A DNA stretch of 64,000 nt from the human T2T-CHM13v2.0 reference genome, Homo sapiens. The position numbers and the translations under genes were made by a program. Every line of letters starts with the position of its first letter. Position 1 is the stretch's first letter. The notes under the pieces are model-generated. The model had not been told where the DNA came from. It saw nothing but the letters and a program-made list of their open reading frames with translations, and ran no database searches. Location of the stretch: assembly GCF_009914755.1 (NCBI RefSeq), contig NC_060933.1; one strand, given 5' to 3'. This document shows positions 25,301 to 40,300 of the stretch, in pieces.

Positions 25301-28300
25301 ATTCCATTCAATTCCATTCCATTACAATTCGTTCCATTCCATTCTATTCCGTACCATTCCATTACGTTCCATTCCGTTCCATTCCATTCCATTCCATTCT
25401 ATTCGAATTAATTCCATTCCATTCCATTCCATTCCATTCCATTCTATGCGGGTTAATTCCATTCCATTCCATTCCATTCCATTCCATTCCATTCTATTCC
25501 ATTCCATTGCAATCGAGTTGAATCCATTGCATTTCATTCCATTCCATTCCATTCCATTCCATTCCGGAAGATTCCATTCCATTGCATTCCATTCCATTCC
25601 ATTCCCCTGCACTCGCGTTGATTCCATTCCATTCCATTCCATTCCATTCCATCCATTCCGTTCCGTTCCGTTCCATTACATTCCATTCCATTCCATTCCA
25701 TTCCGTTCCGTTGCATTCCATTCCATTCCTCTCCATTCCATTGCACTCGGGTTGATTCCATTCCATTGCATTCCATTCCATTCCATTCAATTCCATTCCG
25801 TTCCATTCCATTCCATTACATTCGGATTGATTCTATTCAACTCCCTTACTCTCCATTACATTCCATTCCATTCCATTCGGGTTGTTCCATTCCATTCCAT
25901 TCCATTCCACTCCATTCCATTGCACTCGGGTTGATTCCATTCCATTCCATTCCATTCCATTCCATTCCATTCCATTCCAATCGAGTTGATTCCATTCCAT
26001 TCCATTCCACTCCATTCCAGTCCTTTCCATTCCATTCCACTGGGGTTGATTCCAATTTATTCCTTTCCATTCCATTCCATTCCATTGCAATCGAGTTGAT
26101 TCCTTTGCTTTGCATTCCATTCCATTCCATTCCATTCCGGATGATTCCATTCCATTGCATTCCATTCCATTCCATTCCCCTGCACTCGGGTTGATTCCAT
26201 TCCATTCCACTCCATTCCGTTCCATTCCATTCCATTCCATTGTATTCGGGTTAATTCCATTCCATTCCATTCCATTCCATTCCATTACAATCGAGTTGAT
26301 TCCATTCCATTCCATTCCATTACAGTCCTTTCCATTCCATTCCACTCGGGTTGATTCCATTCTATTAGTTTCCATTCCATTCCATTCCCTTCCATTCCAC
26401 TCTGGTTGATACCATTCCTTTCCATTCCACTCGAATACATTCCCTCCTATTCCACTCAGAACGATTCCATTCCATTCCATTCCATTCCATTCCATTTCGT
26501 TCCATTCCATTCTATTCCGTATCATTCCATTCCATTCCATTCCATTCCATTCCATTCCATTCCATTCCATTGTACTCGGGTTGATTCAATTCCATTGCAT
26601 TCCATTCCATTCCTTTCCATTCCATTCCATTCCATTCCGTTACATTCCATTCCATTACATTCGGATTGATTCTATTCAATTCCCTTACTCTCCGTTACAT
26701 TCCATTGCACTCGGGTTGATTCCATTCCATTCCATTCCATTCCATTCCGGATGATTCCATACCATTGCATTCCGTTCCATTACATTCCCCTGCACTCGCG
26801 TTGATTCCATTCCATTCCATTCCATTCCATTCCATTCCATTCCATTACAATTCGTTCCATTCCATTCTATTCCGTACCATTCCATTCCATTCCATACCAT
26901 TCCATTCCATTCCATTCCATTCCGTTCCATTCCGTTCCATTCCATTCCATTCCATTCTATTCGGATTAATTCCATTCCATTCCATTCCATTCCATTCTAT
27001 TCCATTCCATTGCAATCGAGTTGAATCCATTGCATTTCATTCCATTCCATTCCATTCCATTCCATTCCGGAAGATTCCATTCCATTGCATTCCATTCCAT
27101 TACATTCCCCTGCACTCGCGTTGATTCCATTCCATTCCATTCCATTCCATTCCGTTCCGTTCCGTTCCATTCCATTCCATTCCATTCCGTTCCGTTGCAT
27201 TCCATTCCATTCCATTCCATTCTATTCGGGTTAATTCCATTCCATTCCATTCGATTGCAATCGAGTTGATTCCATTCCATTCCATTCCATTCCATTCCAT
27301 TCCATTCCATTCCTTTCCATTCCATTACGGATGATTCCATTCCATTGCATTCCATTCCATTCCATTCCCCTGTACTCGGGTTGATTCCATTCCATTCCAT
27401 TCCAATCCATGCCATTCCACTCGTGTTTATTCCATTCTTTCCATTCCATTCAAGTTGAATCCATTCCATTGCATTCCATTCCATTCGATTCCATTCGATT
27501 GCACTAGGGTTGATTCCATTCCATTGCATTCCATTCCATTCCATTCCATTCCATTCCATTCCATTCCATTCCGTTCCATTCCATTCCTTTACATTCGGAT
27601 TGATTCTATTCAATTCCCTTACTCTCCATTACATTCCATTCCATTCGGGTAGTTTCCATTCCATTCCATTCCATTCCTCTCCATTCCATTGCACTCGGGT
27701 TGATTCCATTCCATTGCATTCCATTCCATTCCATTCAATTCCATTCCGTTCCATTCCATTCCATTACATTCGGATGGATTCTATTCAACTCCCTTACTCT
27801 CCATTACATTCCATTCCATTCGGGTTGTTCCATTCCATTACATTCCATTCCACTCCATTCCATTGCACTCGGGTTTATTCCATTCCATTCCATTCCATTC
27901 CATTCCGGAAGATTCCATTCCATTGCATTCCATTCCATTCCATTCCCCTGCACTCGCGTTGATTCCATTCCATTCCATTCCATTCCATTCCAATCCATTC
28001 CATTCCGTTCCGTTCCGTTCCATTCCATTCCATTCCATTTTATTCGGGTTAATTCCATTCCATTCCATTCGATTGCAATCGAGTTGATTCCATTCCATTC
28101 CATTCCATTCCATTCCATTCCATTCCATTCCATTACGGATGATTCCATTCCATTGCATTCCATTCCATTCCATTCCCCTGTACTCGTGTTGATTCCATTC
28201 CATTCCATTCCAATCCATGCCATTCCACTCGTGTTGATTCCATTCTTTCCATTCCATTCAAGTTGAATCCATTCCATTGCATTCCATTCCATTCCATTCC

Positions 28301-31300
28301 CCTGCAGTCGGGTTGTTTCCATTCCATTCCATTCCATTCCATTCCGTTCCGTTCCATTCCATTCCATTCCATTCTATTCGGATTAATTCCATTCCATTCC
28401 ATTCCATTCCATTCCATTCCATTCCATTCCAATCGAGTTGATTCCATTCCATTCCATTCCATTCCATTCCACTCCATTCCATTCCTTTCCATTCCATTCC
28501 ACTCGGGTTGATTCCAATGTATTCCTTTCCATTCCATTCCATTCCATTGCAATCGAGTTGATTCCATTGCTTTGCATTCCATTCCATTCCATTCCATTCC
28601 GGATGATTCCATTCCATTGCATTCCATTCCATTCCATTCCCCTGCACTCGGGTTGATTCCATTCGATTCCACTCCATTCCGTTCCATTCCATTCCATTGC
28701 ATTGTATTCGGGTTAATTCCATTGCATTCCATTCCATTCCATTCCATTCCATTCCATTACAATCGAGTTGATTCCATTCCATTCCATTCCATTCCAGTCC
28801 TTTCCATTCCATTCCTCTCGGGTTGATTCCATTCTATTAGTTTCCATTCCATTCCATTCCCTTCCATTCCACTCAGGTTTTTTCCATTCCTTTCCATTCC
28901 ACTCGAATACATTCCCTCCTATTCCACTCAGAACGATTCCATTCCATTCCATTCCATTCCATTCCATTCCATTCCATTTCGTTCCATTCCATTCTATTCC
29001 GTATCATTCCATTCCATTCCATTCCATTCCATTCCAGTCCATTCCATTGTACTCGGGTTGATTCAATTCCATTGCATTCCATTCCATTCCATTCCATTCC
29101 ATTCCATTCCGTTGCATTCCATTCCATTACATTCGGATTGATTCTATTCAACTCCCTTACTCTCCATTACATTCCATTCCATTCGGGTTGTTCCATTCCA
29201 TTCCATTCCATTCCACTCCATTCCATTGCACTCGGGTTGATTCCATTCCATTCCATTCCATTCCATTCCATTCCGGATGATTCCATTCCATTGCATTCCG
29301 TTCCATTACATTCCCCTGCACTCGCGTTGATTCCATTCCATTCCATTCCATTCCATTCAATTCCATTCCATTACAATTCGTTCCATTCCATTCTATTCCG
29401 TACCATTCCATGCCATTCCATACCATTCCATTCCATTCCATTCCATTCGGTTCCATTCCGTTCCATTCCATTCCATTACATTCTATTCGAATTAATTCCA
29501 TTCCAATCCATTCCATTCCATTCTATTCCATTCCATTGCAATCGAGTTGAATCCATTGCATTTCATTCCATTCCATTCCATTCCATTCCATTCCGGAAGT
29601 TTCCATTCCATTGCATTCCATTCCATTCCATTCCCCTGCACTCGCATTGATTCCATTCCATTCCTTTCCATTCCATTCGATTCCATTCCATTCCCCTGCA
29701 CTAGCGTTGATTCCATTCCATTCCATTCCATTCCATTCCATTCCATTCCATTCCATTCCTTTCCGTTCCATTCCATACAATTCCATTCCATTCCATTCCA
29801 CTCCGTTCCGTTCCGTTTCGTTACGTTCCGTTCCGTTCCGTTCCATTCCATTCCATTCCATTCTATTCGGTTTAATTCCATTCCATTCCATTCCATTCCA
29901 TTCTATTCCATTCCATTGCAATCGAGTTGAATCCATTGCATTCCATTCCATTCCATTCCATTCCATTCCATTCCATTCCGGAAGATTCCATTCCATTGCA
30001 TTAAATTCCATTCCATTCCATTCCATTCCATTCCATTCCATTCCATTCCATTGTACTCGGGTTGATTCCATTCCATTGCATTCCATTCCATTCCATTCCA
30101 TTCCATTCCGTTCCATTCCATTCCATTACATTCGGATTGATTCTTTTCAACTCCCTTACTCTCCATTACATTCCATTCCATTCGGGTTGTTCCATTCCAT
30201 TCCATTCCATTCCACTCCATTCCATTGCACTCGGGTTGATTCCATTCCATTCCATTCCGGATGATTCCATTCCATTGCATTCCGTTCCATTACATTCTCC
30301 TGCACTCGGGTTGATTCCATTTCATTCCATTCCATTCCATTCAATTCCATTCCATTCCTTTCCGTTCCGTTCCATTCCATTCCATTCCATTCTATTCGGG
30401 TTAATTCCATTCCATTCCATTCGATTGCCATCGAGTTGATTCCATTCCATTCCATTGCATTCCATTCCATTCCATTCCATTCCATTCCTTTCCATTCCAT
30501 TACGGATGATTCCATTCCATTGCATTCCATTCCATTCCATTCCCCTGTACTCGGGTTGATTCCATTCCATTTCATTCCAATCCATGCCATTCCACTCGTG
30601 TTGATTCCATTCTTTACATTCCATTCAAGTTGAATCCATTCCATTCCATTCCATTCCATTCCATTCCAATCCGTTCCGTTCCGTTCCATTCCATTCCATT
30701 CCTTTCTATTCGGGTTAATTCCATTCCATTCCATTCCATTCCATTCCATTCCAATCAAGTTGATTCCATTCCATTCCATTCCATTCCATTCCATTCCATT
30801 CCACTGCATTCCAGTCCTTTCCATTCCATTCCACTCGGGTTGATTCCAATGTATTCCTTTCCATTCCATTCCATTCCATTGCAATCGAGTTGATTCCATT
30901 GCTTTGCATTCCATTCCATTCCATTACATTCCGGATGATTCCATTCCATTGCATTCCATTCCATTCCATTCCCCTGCATTCGGGTTGATTCCATTCCATT
31001 CCACTCCATTCCGTTCCGTTCCATTCCATTCCATTCCATTGTATTCGGGTTAATTCCATTCCATTCCATTCCATTACAATCGAGTTGATTCCATTCCATT
31101 CCATTCCATTCCAGTCCTTTCCATTCCATTCCTCTCTGGTTGATTCCATTCTATTAGTTTCCATTCCATTCCATTCCCTTCCATTCCACTCAGGTTTTTT
31201 CCATTCCTTTCCATTCCACTCGAATACATTCCCTCCTATTCCACTGAGAACGATTCCATTCCATTCCATTCCATTCCATTCCATTCCATTCCATTCCATT

Positions 31301-34300
31301 TCTTTTCGTTCCATTCCATTCTATTCCGTATCATTCCATTCCATTCCATTCCATTCCATTCCATTCCATTCCATTCCATTGTACTCGGGTTGATTCAATT
31401 CCATTGCATTCCATTCCATTCCATTCCATTCCATTCCGTTGCATTCCATTCCATTACATTCGGATTGATTCTATTCAACTCCCTTACTCTCCATTCCATT
31501 CCATTCCATTCGGGTTGTTCCATTCCATTCCATTCCATTCCACTCCATTCCATGGCACTCGGGTTGATTCCATTCCATTCCATTCCATTCCATTCCATTC
31601 CGGATGAATCCATTCCATTGCATTCCGTTCCATTACATTCCCCTGCACTCGCGTTGATTCCATTCCATTCCATTCCATTCCATTCAATTCCATTCCATTA
31701 CAATTCGTTCCATTCCATTCTATTCCGTACCATTCCATTCCGTTCCATTCCGTTCCATTCCATTCCATTCCATTCTATTCGAATTAATTCCATTCCATTC
31801 CATTCCATTCCATTCCATTCTATGCGGGTTAATTCCATTCCATTCCATTCCATTCCATTCCATTCTATTCCATTCCATTGCAGTCGAGTTGAATCCATTG
31901 CATTTCATTCCATTCCATTCCATTCCATTCCATTCCGGAAGATTCCATTCCATTGCATTCCATTCCATTCCATTCCCCTGCACTCGCGTTGATTCCATTC
32001 CATTCCATTCCATTCCATCCATTCCGTTCCGTTCCGTTCCGTTCCATTCCATTCCATTCCATTCCATTCCATTCCGTTCCGTTGCATTACATTCCATTCC
32101 TCTCCATTCCATTGCACTCGGGTTGATTCCATTCCATTGCATTCCATTCCATTCCATTCAATTCCATTCCGTTCCATTCCATTCCATTACATTCGGATTG
32201 ATTCTATTCAACTCCCTTACTCTCCATTACATTCCATTCCATTCGGGTTGTTCCATTCCATTCCATTCCATTCCACTCCATTCCATTGCACTCGGGTTGA
32301 TTCCATTCCATTCCATTCCATTCCATTCCATTCCATTCCATTCCTTTCCAATCGAGTTGATTCCATTCCATTCCATTCCATTCCATTCCACTCCATTCCA
32401 GTCCTTTCCATTCCATTCCACTGGGGTTGATTCCAATTTATTCCTTTCCATTCCATTCCATTCCATTGCAATCGAGTTGATTCCTTTGCTTTGCATTCCA
32501 TTCCATTCCATTCCATTCCGGATGATTCCATTCCATTGCATTCCATTCCATTCCATTCCCCTGCACTCGGGTTGATTCCATTCCATTCCACTCCATTCCG
32601 TTCCATTCCATTCCATTCCATTGTATTCGGGTTAATTCCATTCCGTTCCATTCCATTCCATTCCATTACAATCGAGTTGATTCCATTCCATTCCATTCCA
32701 TTCCAGTCCTTTCCATTCCATTCCACTCTGGTTGATTCCATTCTATTAGTTTCCATTCCATTCCATTCCCTTCCATTCCACTCTGGTTGATACCATTCCT
32801 TTCCATTCCACTCGAATACATTCCCTCCTATTCCACTCAGAACGATTCCATTCCATTCCATTCCATTCCATTCCATTCCATTCCATTCCATTCCATTTCG
32901 TTCCATTCCATTCTATTCCGTATCATTCCATTCCATTCCATTCCATTCCATTCCATTCCATTCCATTCCAATCCATTCCTTTGTACTCGGGTTGATTCAA
33001 TTCCATTGCATTCCATTCCATTCCATTCCATTCCATTCCGTTGCATTCCATTCCATTACATTCGGATTGATTCTATTCAACTCCCTTACTCTCCATTCCA
33101 TTCCATTCCATTCGTGTTGTTCCATTCCATTCCATTCCATTCCACTCCATTCCATTGCACTCGGGTTGATTCCATTCCATTCCATTCCATTCCATTCCAT
33201 TCCATTCCATTCCGGAAGATTCCATTCCATTGCATTCCATTCCATTCCATTCCCCTGCACTCGCGTTGATTCCATTCCATTCCATTCCATTCCATTCCAT
33301 TCCATTCCATTCCTTTCCGTTCCATTCCATTCCATTCCATTCCATTCCAATCCATTCCACTCCGTTCTGTTCCGTTCCATTCCATTCCATTCCATTCTAT
33401 TCAGGTTAATTCCATTACATTCCATTCGATTGCAATCGAGTTGATTCCATTCCATTCCATTCCATTCCATTCCATTCCATTCCTTTCCATTCCATTACGG
33501 ATGATTCCATTCCATTGCATTCCATTCCATTCCATTCCCCTGTACTCGGGTTGATTCCATTCCATTCCATTCCAATCCATGCCATTCCACTCGTGTTGAT
33601 TCCATTCTTTCCATTCCATTCAAGTTGAATCCATTCCATTGCATTCCATTCCATTCCATTCCCCTGCAGTCGGGTTGTTTCCATTCCATTCCATTCCATT
33701 CCATTCCATTCCATTCCATTCCGTTCCGTTCCGTTCCATTCCATTCCATTCCATTCTATTCCGATTAATTCCATTCCATTCCATTCCATTCCATTCCATT
33801 CCATTCCAATCGAGTTGATTCCATTCCATTCCATTCCATTCCATTCCACTCCATTCCAGTCCTTTCCATTCCATTCCACTCGGGTTGATTCCAATGTATT
33901 CCTTTCCATTCCATTCCATTCCATTGCAATCGAGTTGATTCCATTGCTTTGCATTCCATTCCATTCCATTCCATTCCGGATGATTCCATTCCATTGCATT
34001 CCATTCCATTCCATTCCCCTGCACTCGGGTTGATTCCATTCGATTCCACTCCATTCCGTTCCATTCCATTCCATTGCATTGTATTCGGGTTAATTCCATT
34101 CCATTCCATTCCATTCCATTCCATTCCATTACAATCGAGTTGATTCCATTCCATTCCATTCTATTCCAGTCCTTTCCATTCCATTCCTCTCGGGTTGATT
34201 CCATTCTATTAGTTTCCATTCCATTCCATTCCCTTCCATTCCACTCAGGTTTTTTCCATTCCTTTCCATTCCACTCGAATACATTCCCTCCTATTCCACT

Positions 34301-37300
34301 CAGAACGATTCCATTCCATTCCATTCCATTCCATTCCATTCCATTCCATTCCACTTCGTTCCATTCCATTCTATTCCGTATCATTCCATTCCATTCCATT
34401 CCATTCCATTCCATTCCATTGTACTCGGGTTGATTCCATTCCATTGCATTCCATTCCATTCCATTCCATTCCACTCCATTCCATTCCGTTGCATTCCATT
34501 CCATTACATTCGGATTGATTCTATTCAACTCCTTTACTCTCCATTATATTCCATTCCATTCGGGTTGTTCCATTCCATTCCATTCCATTCCACTCCATTC
34601 CATTGCACTCGGGTTGATTCCATTCCATTCCATTCCATTCCATTCCATTCCGGATGATTCCATTCCATTGCATTCCGATCCATTACATTCCCCTGCACTC
34701 GCGTTGATTCCATTCCATTCCATTCAATTCCATTCCATTCAATTCCATTCCATTACAATTCGTTCCATTCCATTCTATTCCATACCATTCCATTCCGTTC
34801 CATTCCGTTCCATTCCATTCCATTCCATTCTATTCGAATTAATTCCATTCCATTCCATTCCATTCCATTCCATTCTATGCGGGTTAATTCCATTCCATTC
34901 CATTCCATTCCATTCCATTCCATTCTATTCCATTCCATTGCAATCGAGTTGAATCCATTGCATTTCATTCCATTCCATTCCATTCCATTCCATTCCGGAA
35001 GATTCCATTCCATTGCATTCCATTCCATTCCATTCCCCTGCACTCGCGTTGATTCCATTCCATTCCATTCCATTCCATTCCATCCATTCCGTTCCGTTCC
35101 GTTCCATTCCATTCCATTCCATTCCATTCCATTCCGTTCCGTTGCATTCCATTCCATTCCTCTCCATTCCATTGCACTCGGGTTGATTCCATTCCATTGC
35201 ATTCCATTCCATTCCATTCAATTCCATTCCGTTCCATTCCATTCCATTACATTCGGATTGATTCTATTCAACTCCCTTACTCTCCATTACATTCCATTCC
35301 ATTCCATTCGGGTTGTTCCATTCCATTCCATTCCATTCCACTCCATTCCATTGCACTCGGGTTGATTCCATTCCATTCCATTCCATTCCATTCCATTCCA
35401 TTCCAATCGAGTTGATTCCATTCCATTCCATTCCACTCCATTCCAGTCCTTTCCATTCCATTCCACTGGGGTTGATTCCAATTTATTCCTTTCCATTCCA
35501 TTCCATTCCATTGCAATCGAGTTGATTCCTTTGCTTTGCATTCCATTCCATTCCATTCCATTCCGGATGATTCCATTCCATTGCATTCCATTCCATTCCA
35601 TTCCCCTGCACTCGGGTTGATTCCATTCGATTCCACTCCATTCCGTTCCATTCCATTCCATTGCATTGTATTCGGGTTAATTCCATTGCATTCCATTCCA
35701 TTCCATTCCATTCCATTCCATTACAATCGAGTTGATTCCATTCCATTCCATTCCATTCCAGTCCTTTCCATTCCATTCCTCTCGGGTTGATTCCATTCTA
35801 TTAGTTTCCATTCCATTCCATTCCCTTCCATTCCACTCAGGTTTTTTCCATTCCTTTCCATTCCACTCGAATACATTCCCTCCTATTCCACTCAGAACGA
35901 TTCCATTCCATTCCATTCCATTCCATTCCATTCCATTCCATTTCGTTCCATTCCATTCTATTCCGTATCATTCCATTCCATTCCATTCCATTCCATTCCA
36001 GTCCATTCCATTGTACTCGGGTTGATTCAATTCCATTGCATTCCATTCCATTCCATTCCATTCCATTCCATTCCGTTGCATTCCATTCCATTACATTCGG
36101 ATTGATTCTATTCAACTCCCTTACTCTCCATTACATTCCATTCCATTCGGGTTGTTCCATTCCATTCCATTCCATTCCACTCCATTCCATTGCACTCGGG
36201 TTGATTCCATTCCATTCCATTCCATTCCATTCCATTCCGGATGATTCCATTCCATTGCATTCCGTTCCATTACATTCCCCTGCACTCGCGTTGATTCCAT
36301 TCCATTCCATTCCATTCCATTCAATTCCATTCCATTACAATTCGTTCCATTCCATTCTATTCCGTACCATTCCATGCCATTCCATACCATTCCATTCCAT
36401 TCCATTCCATTCGGTTCCATTCCGTTCCATTCCATTCCATTACATTCTATTCGAATTAATTCCATTCCAATCCATTCCATTCCATTCTATTCCATTCCAT
36501 TGCAATCGAGTTGAATCCATTGCATTTCATTCCATTCCATTCCATTCCATTCCATTCCGGAAGTTTCCATTCCATTGCATTCCATTCCATTCCATTCCCC
36601 TGCACTCGCATTGATTCCATTCCATTCCTTTCCATTCCATTCGATTCCATTCCATTCCCCTGCACTAGCGTTGATTCCATTCCATTCCATTCCATTCCAT
36701 TCCATTCCATTCCATTCCATTCCTTTCCGTTCCATTCCATACAATTCCATTCCATTCCATTCCACTCCGTTCCGTTCCGTTTCGTTACGTTCCGTTCCGT
36801 TCCGTTCCATTCCATTCCATTCCATTCTATTCGGTTTAATTCCATTCCATTCCATTCCATTCCATTCTATTCCATTCCATTGCAATCGAGTTGAATCCAT
36901 TGCATTCCATTCCATTCCATTCCATTCCATTCCATTCCATTCCGGAAGATTCCATTCCATTGCATTAAATTCCATTCCATTCCATTCCATTCCATTCCAT
37001 TCCATTCCATTCCATTGTACTCGGGTTGATTCCATTCCATTGCATTCCATTCCATTCCATTCCATTCCATTCCGTTCCATTCCATTCCATTACATTCGGA
37101 TTGATTCTTTTCAACTCCCTTACTCTCCATTACATTCCATTCCATTCGGGTTGTTCCATTCCATTCCATTCCATTCCACTCCATTCCATTGCACTCGGGT
37201 TGATTCCATTCCATTCCATTCCGGATGATTCCATTCCATTGCATTCCGTTCCATTACATTCTCCTGCACTCGGGTTGATTCCATTTCATTCCATTCCATT

Positions 37301-40300
37301 CCATTCAATTCCATTCCATTCCTTTCCGTTCCGTTCCATTCCATTCCATTCCATTCTATTCGGGTTAATTCCATTCCATTCCATTCGATTGCCATCGAGT
37401 TGATTCCATTCCATTCCATTGCATTCCATTCCATTCCATTCCATTCCATTCCTTTCCATTCCATTACGGATGATTCCATTCCATTGCATTCCATTCCATT
37501 CCATTCCCCTGTACTCGGGTTGATTCCATTCCATTTCATTCCAATCCATGCCATTCCACTCGTGTTGATTCCATTCTTTACATTCCATTCAAGTTGAATC
37601 CATTCCATTCCATTCCATTCCATTCCATTCCAATCCGTTCCGTTCCGTTCCATTCCATTCCATTCCTTTCTATTCGGGTTAATTCCATTCCATTCCATTC
37701 CATTCCATTCCATTCCAATCAAGTTGATTCCATTCCATTCCATTCCATTCCATTCCATTCCATTCCACTGCATTCCAGTCCTTTCCATTCCATTCCACTC
37801 GGGTTGATTCCAATGTATTCCTTTCCATTCCATTCCATTCCATTGCAATCGAGTTGATTCCATTGCTTTGCATTCCATTCCATTCCATTACATTCCGGAT
37901 GATTCCATTCCATTGCATTCCATTCCATTCCATTCCCCTGCATTCGGGTTGATTCCATTCCATTCCACTCCATTCCGTTCCGTTCCATTCCATTCCATTC
38001 CATTGTATTCGGGTTAATTCCATTCCATTCCATTCCATTACAATCGAGTTGATTCCATTCCATTCCATTCCATTCCAGTCCTTTCCATTCCATTCCTCTC
38101 TGGTTGATTCCATTCTATTAGTTTCCATTCCATTCCATTCCCTTCCATTCCACTCAGGTTTTTTCCATTCCTTTCCATTCCACTCGAATACATTCCCTCC
38201 TATTCCACTGAGAACGATTCCATTCCATTCCATTCCATTCCATTCCATTCCATTCCATTCCATTTCTTTTCGTTCCATTCCATTCTATTCCGTATCATTC
38301 CATTCCATTCCATTCCATTCCATTCCATTCCATTCCATTCCATTGTACTCGGGTTGATTCAATTCCATTGCATTCCATTCCATTCCATTCCATTCCATTC
38401 CGTTGCATTCCATTCCATTACATTCGGATTGATTCTATTCAACTCCCTTACTCTCCATTCCATTCCATTCCATTCGGGTTGTTCCATTCCATTCCATTCC
38501 ATTCCACTCCATTCCATGGCACTCGGGTTGATTCCATTCCATTCCATTCCATTCCATTCCATTCCGGATGAATCCATTCCATTGCATTCCGTTCCATTAC
38601 ATTCCCCTGCACTCGCGTTGATTCCATTCCATTCCATTCCATTCCATTCAATTCCATTCCATTACAATTCGTTCCATTCCATTCTATTCCGTACCATTCC
38701 ATTCCGTTCCATTCCGTTCCATTCCATTCCATTCCATTCTATTCGAATTAATTCCATTCCATTCCATTCCATTCCATTCCATTCTATGCGGGTTAATTCC
38801 ATTCCATTCCATTCCATTCCATTCCATTCTATTCCATTCCATTGCAGTCGAGTTGAATCCATTGCATTTCATTCCATTCCATTCCATTCCATTCCATTCC
38901 GGAAGATTCCATTCCATTGCATTCCATTCCATTCCATTCCCCTGCACTCGCGTTGATTCCATTCCATTCCATTCCATTCCATCCATTCCGTTCCGTTCCG
39001 TTCCGTTCCATTCCATTCCATTCCATTCCATTCCATTCCGTTCCGTTGCATTACATTCCATTCCTCTCCATTCCATTGCACTCGGGTTGATTCCATTCCA
39101 TTGCATTCCATTCCATTCCATTCAATTCCATTCCGTTCCATTCCATTCCATTACATTCGGATTGATTCTATTCAACTCCCTTACTCTCCATTACATTCCA
39201 TTCCATTCGGGTTGTTCCATTCCATTCCATTCCATTCCACTCCATTCCATTGCACTCGGGTTGATTCCATTCCATTCCATTCCATTCCATTCCATTCCAT
39301 TCCATTCCTTTCCAATCGAGTTGATTCCATTCCATTCCATTCCATTCCATTCCACTCCATTCCAGTCCTTTCCATTCCATTCCACTGGGGTTGATTCCAA
39401 TTTATTCCTTTCCATTCCATTCCATTCCATTGCAATCGAGTTGATTCCTTTGCTTTGCATTCCATTCCATTCCATTCCATTCCGGATGATTCCATTCCAT
39501 TGCATTCCATTCCATTCCATTCCCCTGCACTCGGGTTGATTCCATTCCATTCCACTCCATTCCGTTCCATTCCATTCCATTCCATTGTATTCGGGTTAAT
39601 TCCATTCCGTTCCATTCCATTCCATTCCATTACAATCGAGTTGATTCCATTCCATTCCATTCCATTCCAGTCCTTTCCATTCCATTCCACTCTGGTTGAT
39701 TCCATTCTATTAGTTTCCATTCCATTCCATTCCCTTCCATTCCACTCTGGTTGATACCATTCCTTTCCATTCCACTCGAATACATTCCCTCCTATTCCAC
39801 TCAGAACGATTCCATTCCATTCCATTCCATTCCATTCCATTCCATTCCATTCCATTCCATTTCGTTCCATTCCATTCTATTCCGTATCATTCCATTCCAT
39901 TCCATTCCATTCCATTCCATTCCATTCCATTCCAATCCATTCCTTTGTACTCGGGTTGATTCAATTCCATTGCATTCCATTCCATTCCATTCCATTCCAT
40001 TCCGTTGCATTCCATTCCATTACATTCGGATTGATTCTATTCAACTCCCTTACTCTCCATTCCATTCCATTCCATTCGTGTTGTTCCATTCCATTCCATT
40101 CCATTCCACTCCATTCCATTGCACTCGGGTTGATTCCATTCCATTCCATTCCATTCCATTCCATTCCATTCCATTCCGGAAGATTCCATTCCATTGCATT
40201 CCATTCCATTCCATTCCCCTGCACTCGCGTTGATTCCATTCCATTCCATTCCATTCCATTCCATTCCATTCCATTCCTTTCCGTTCCATTCCATTCCATT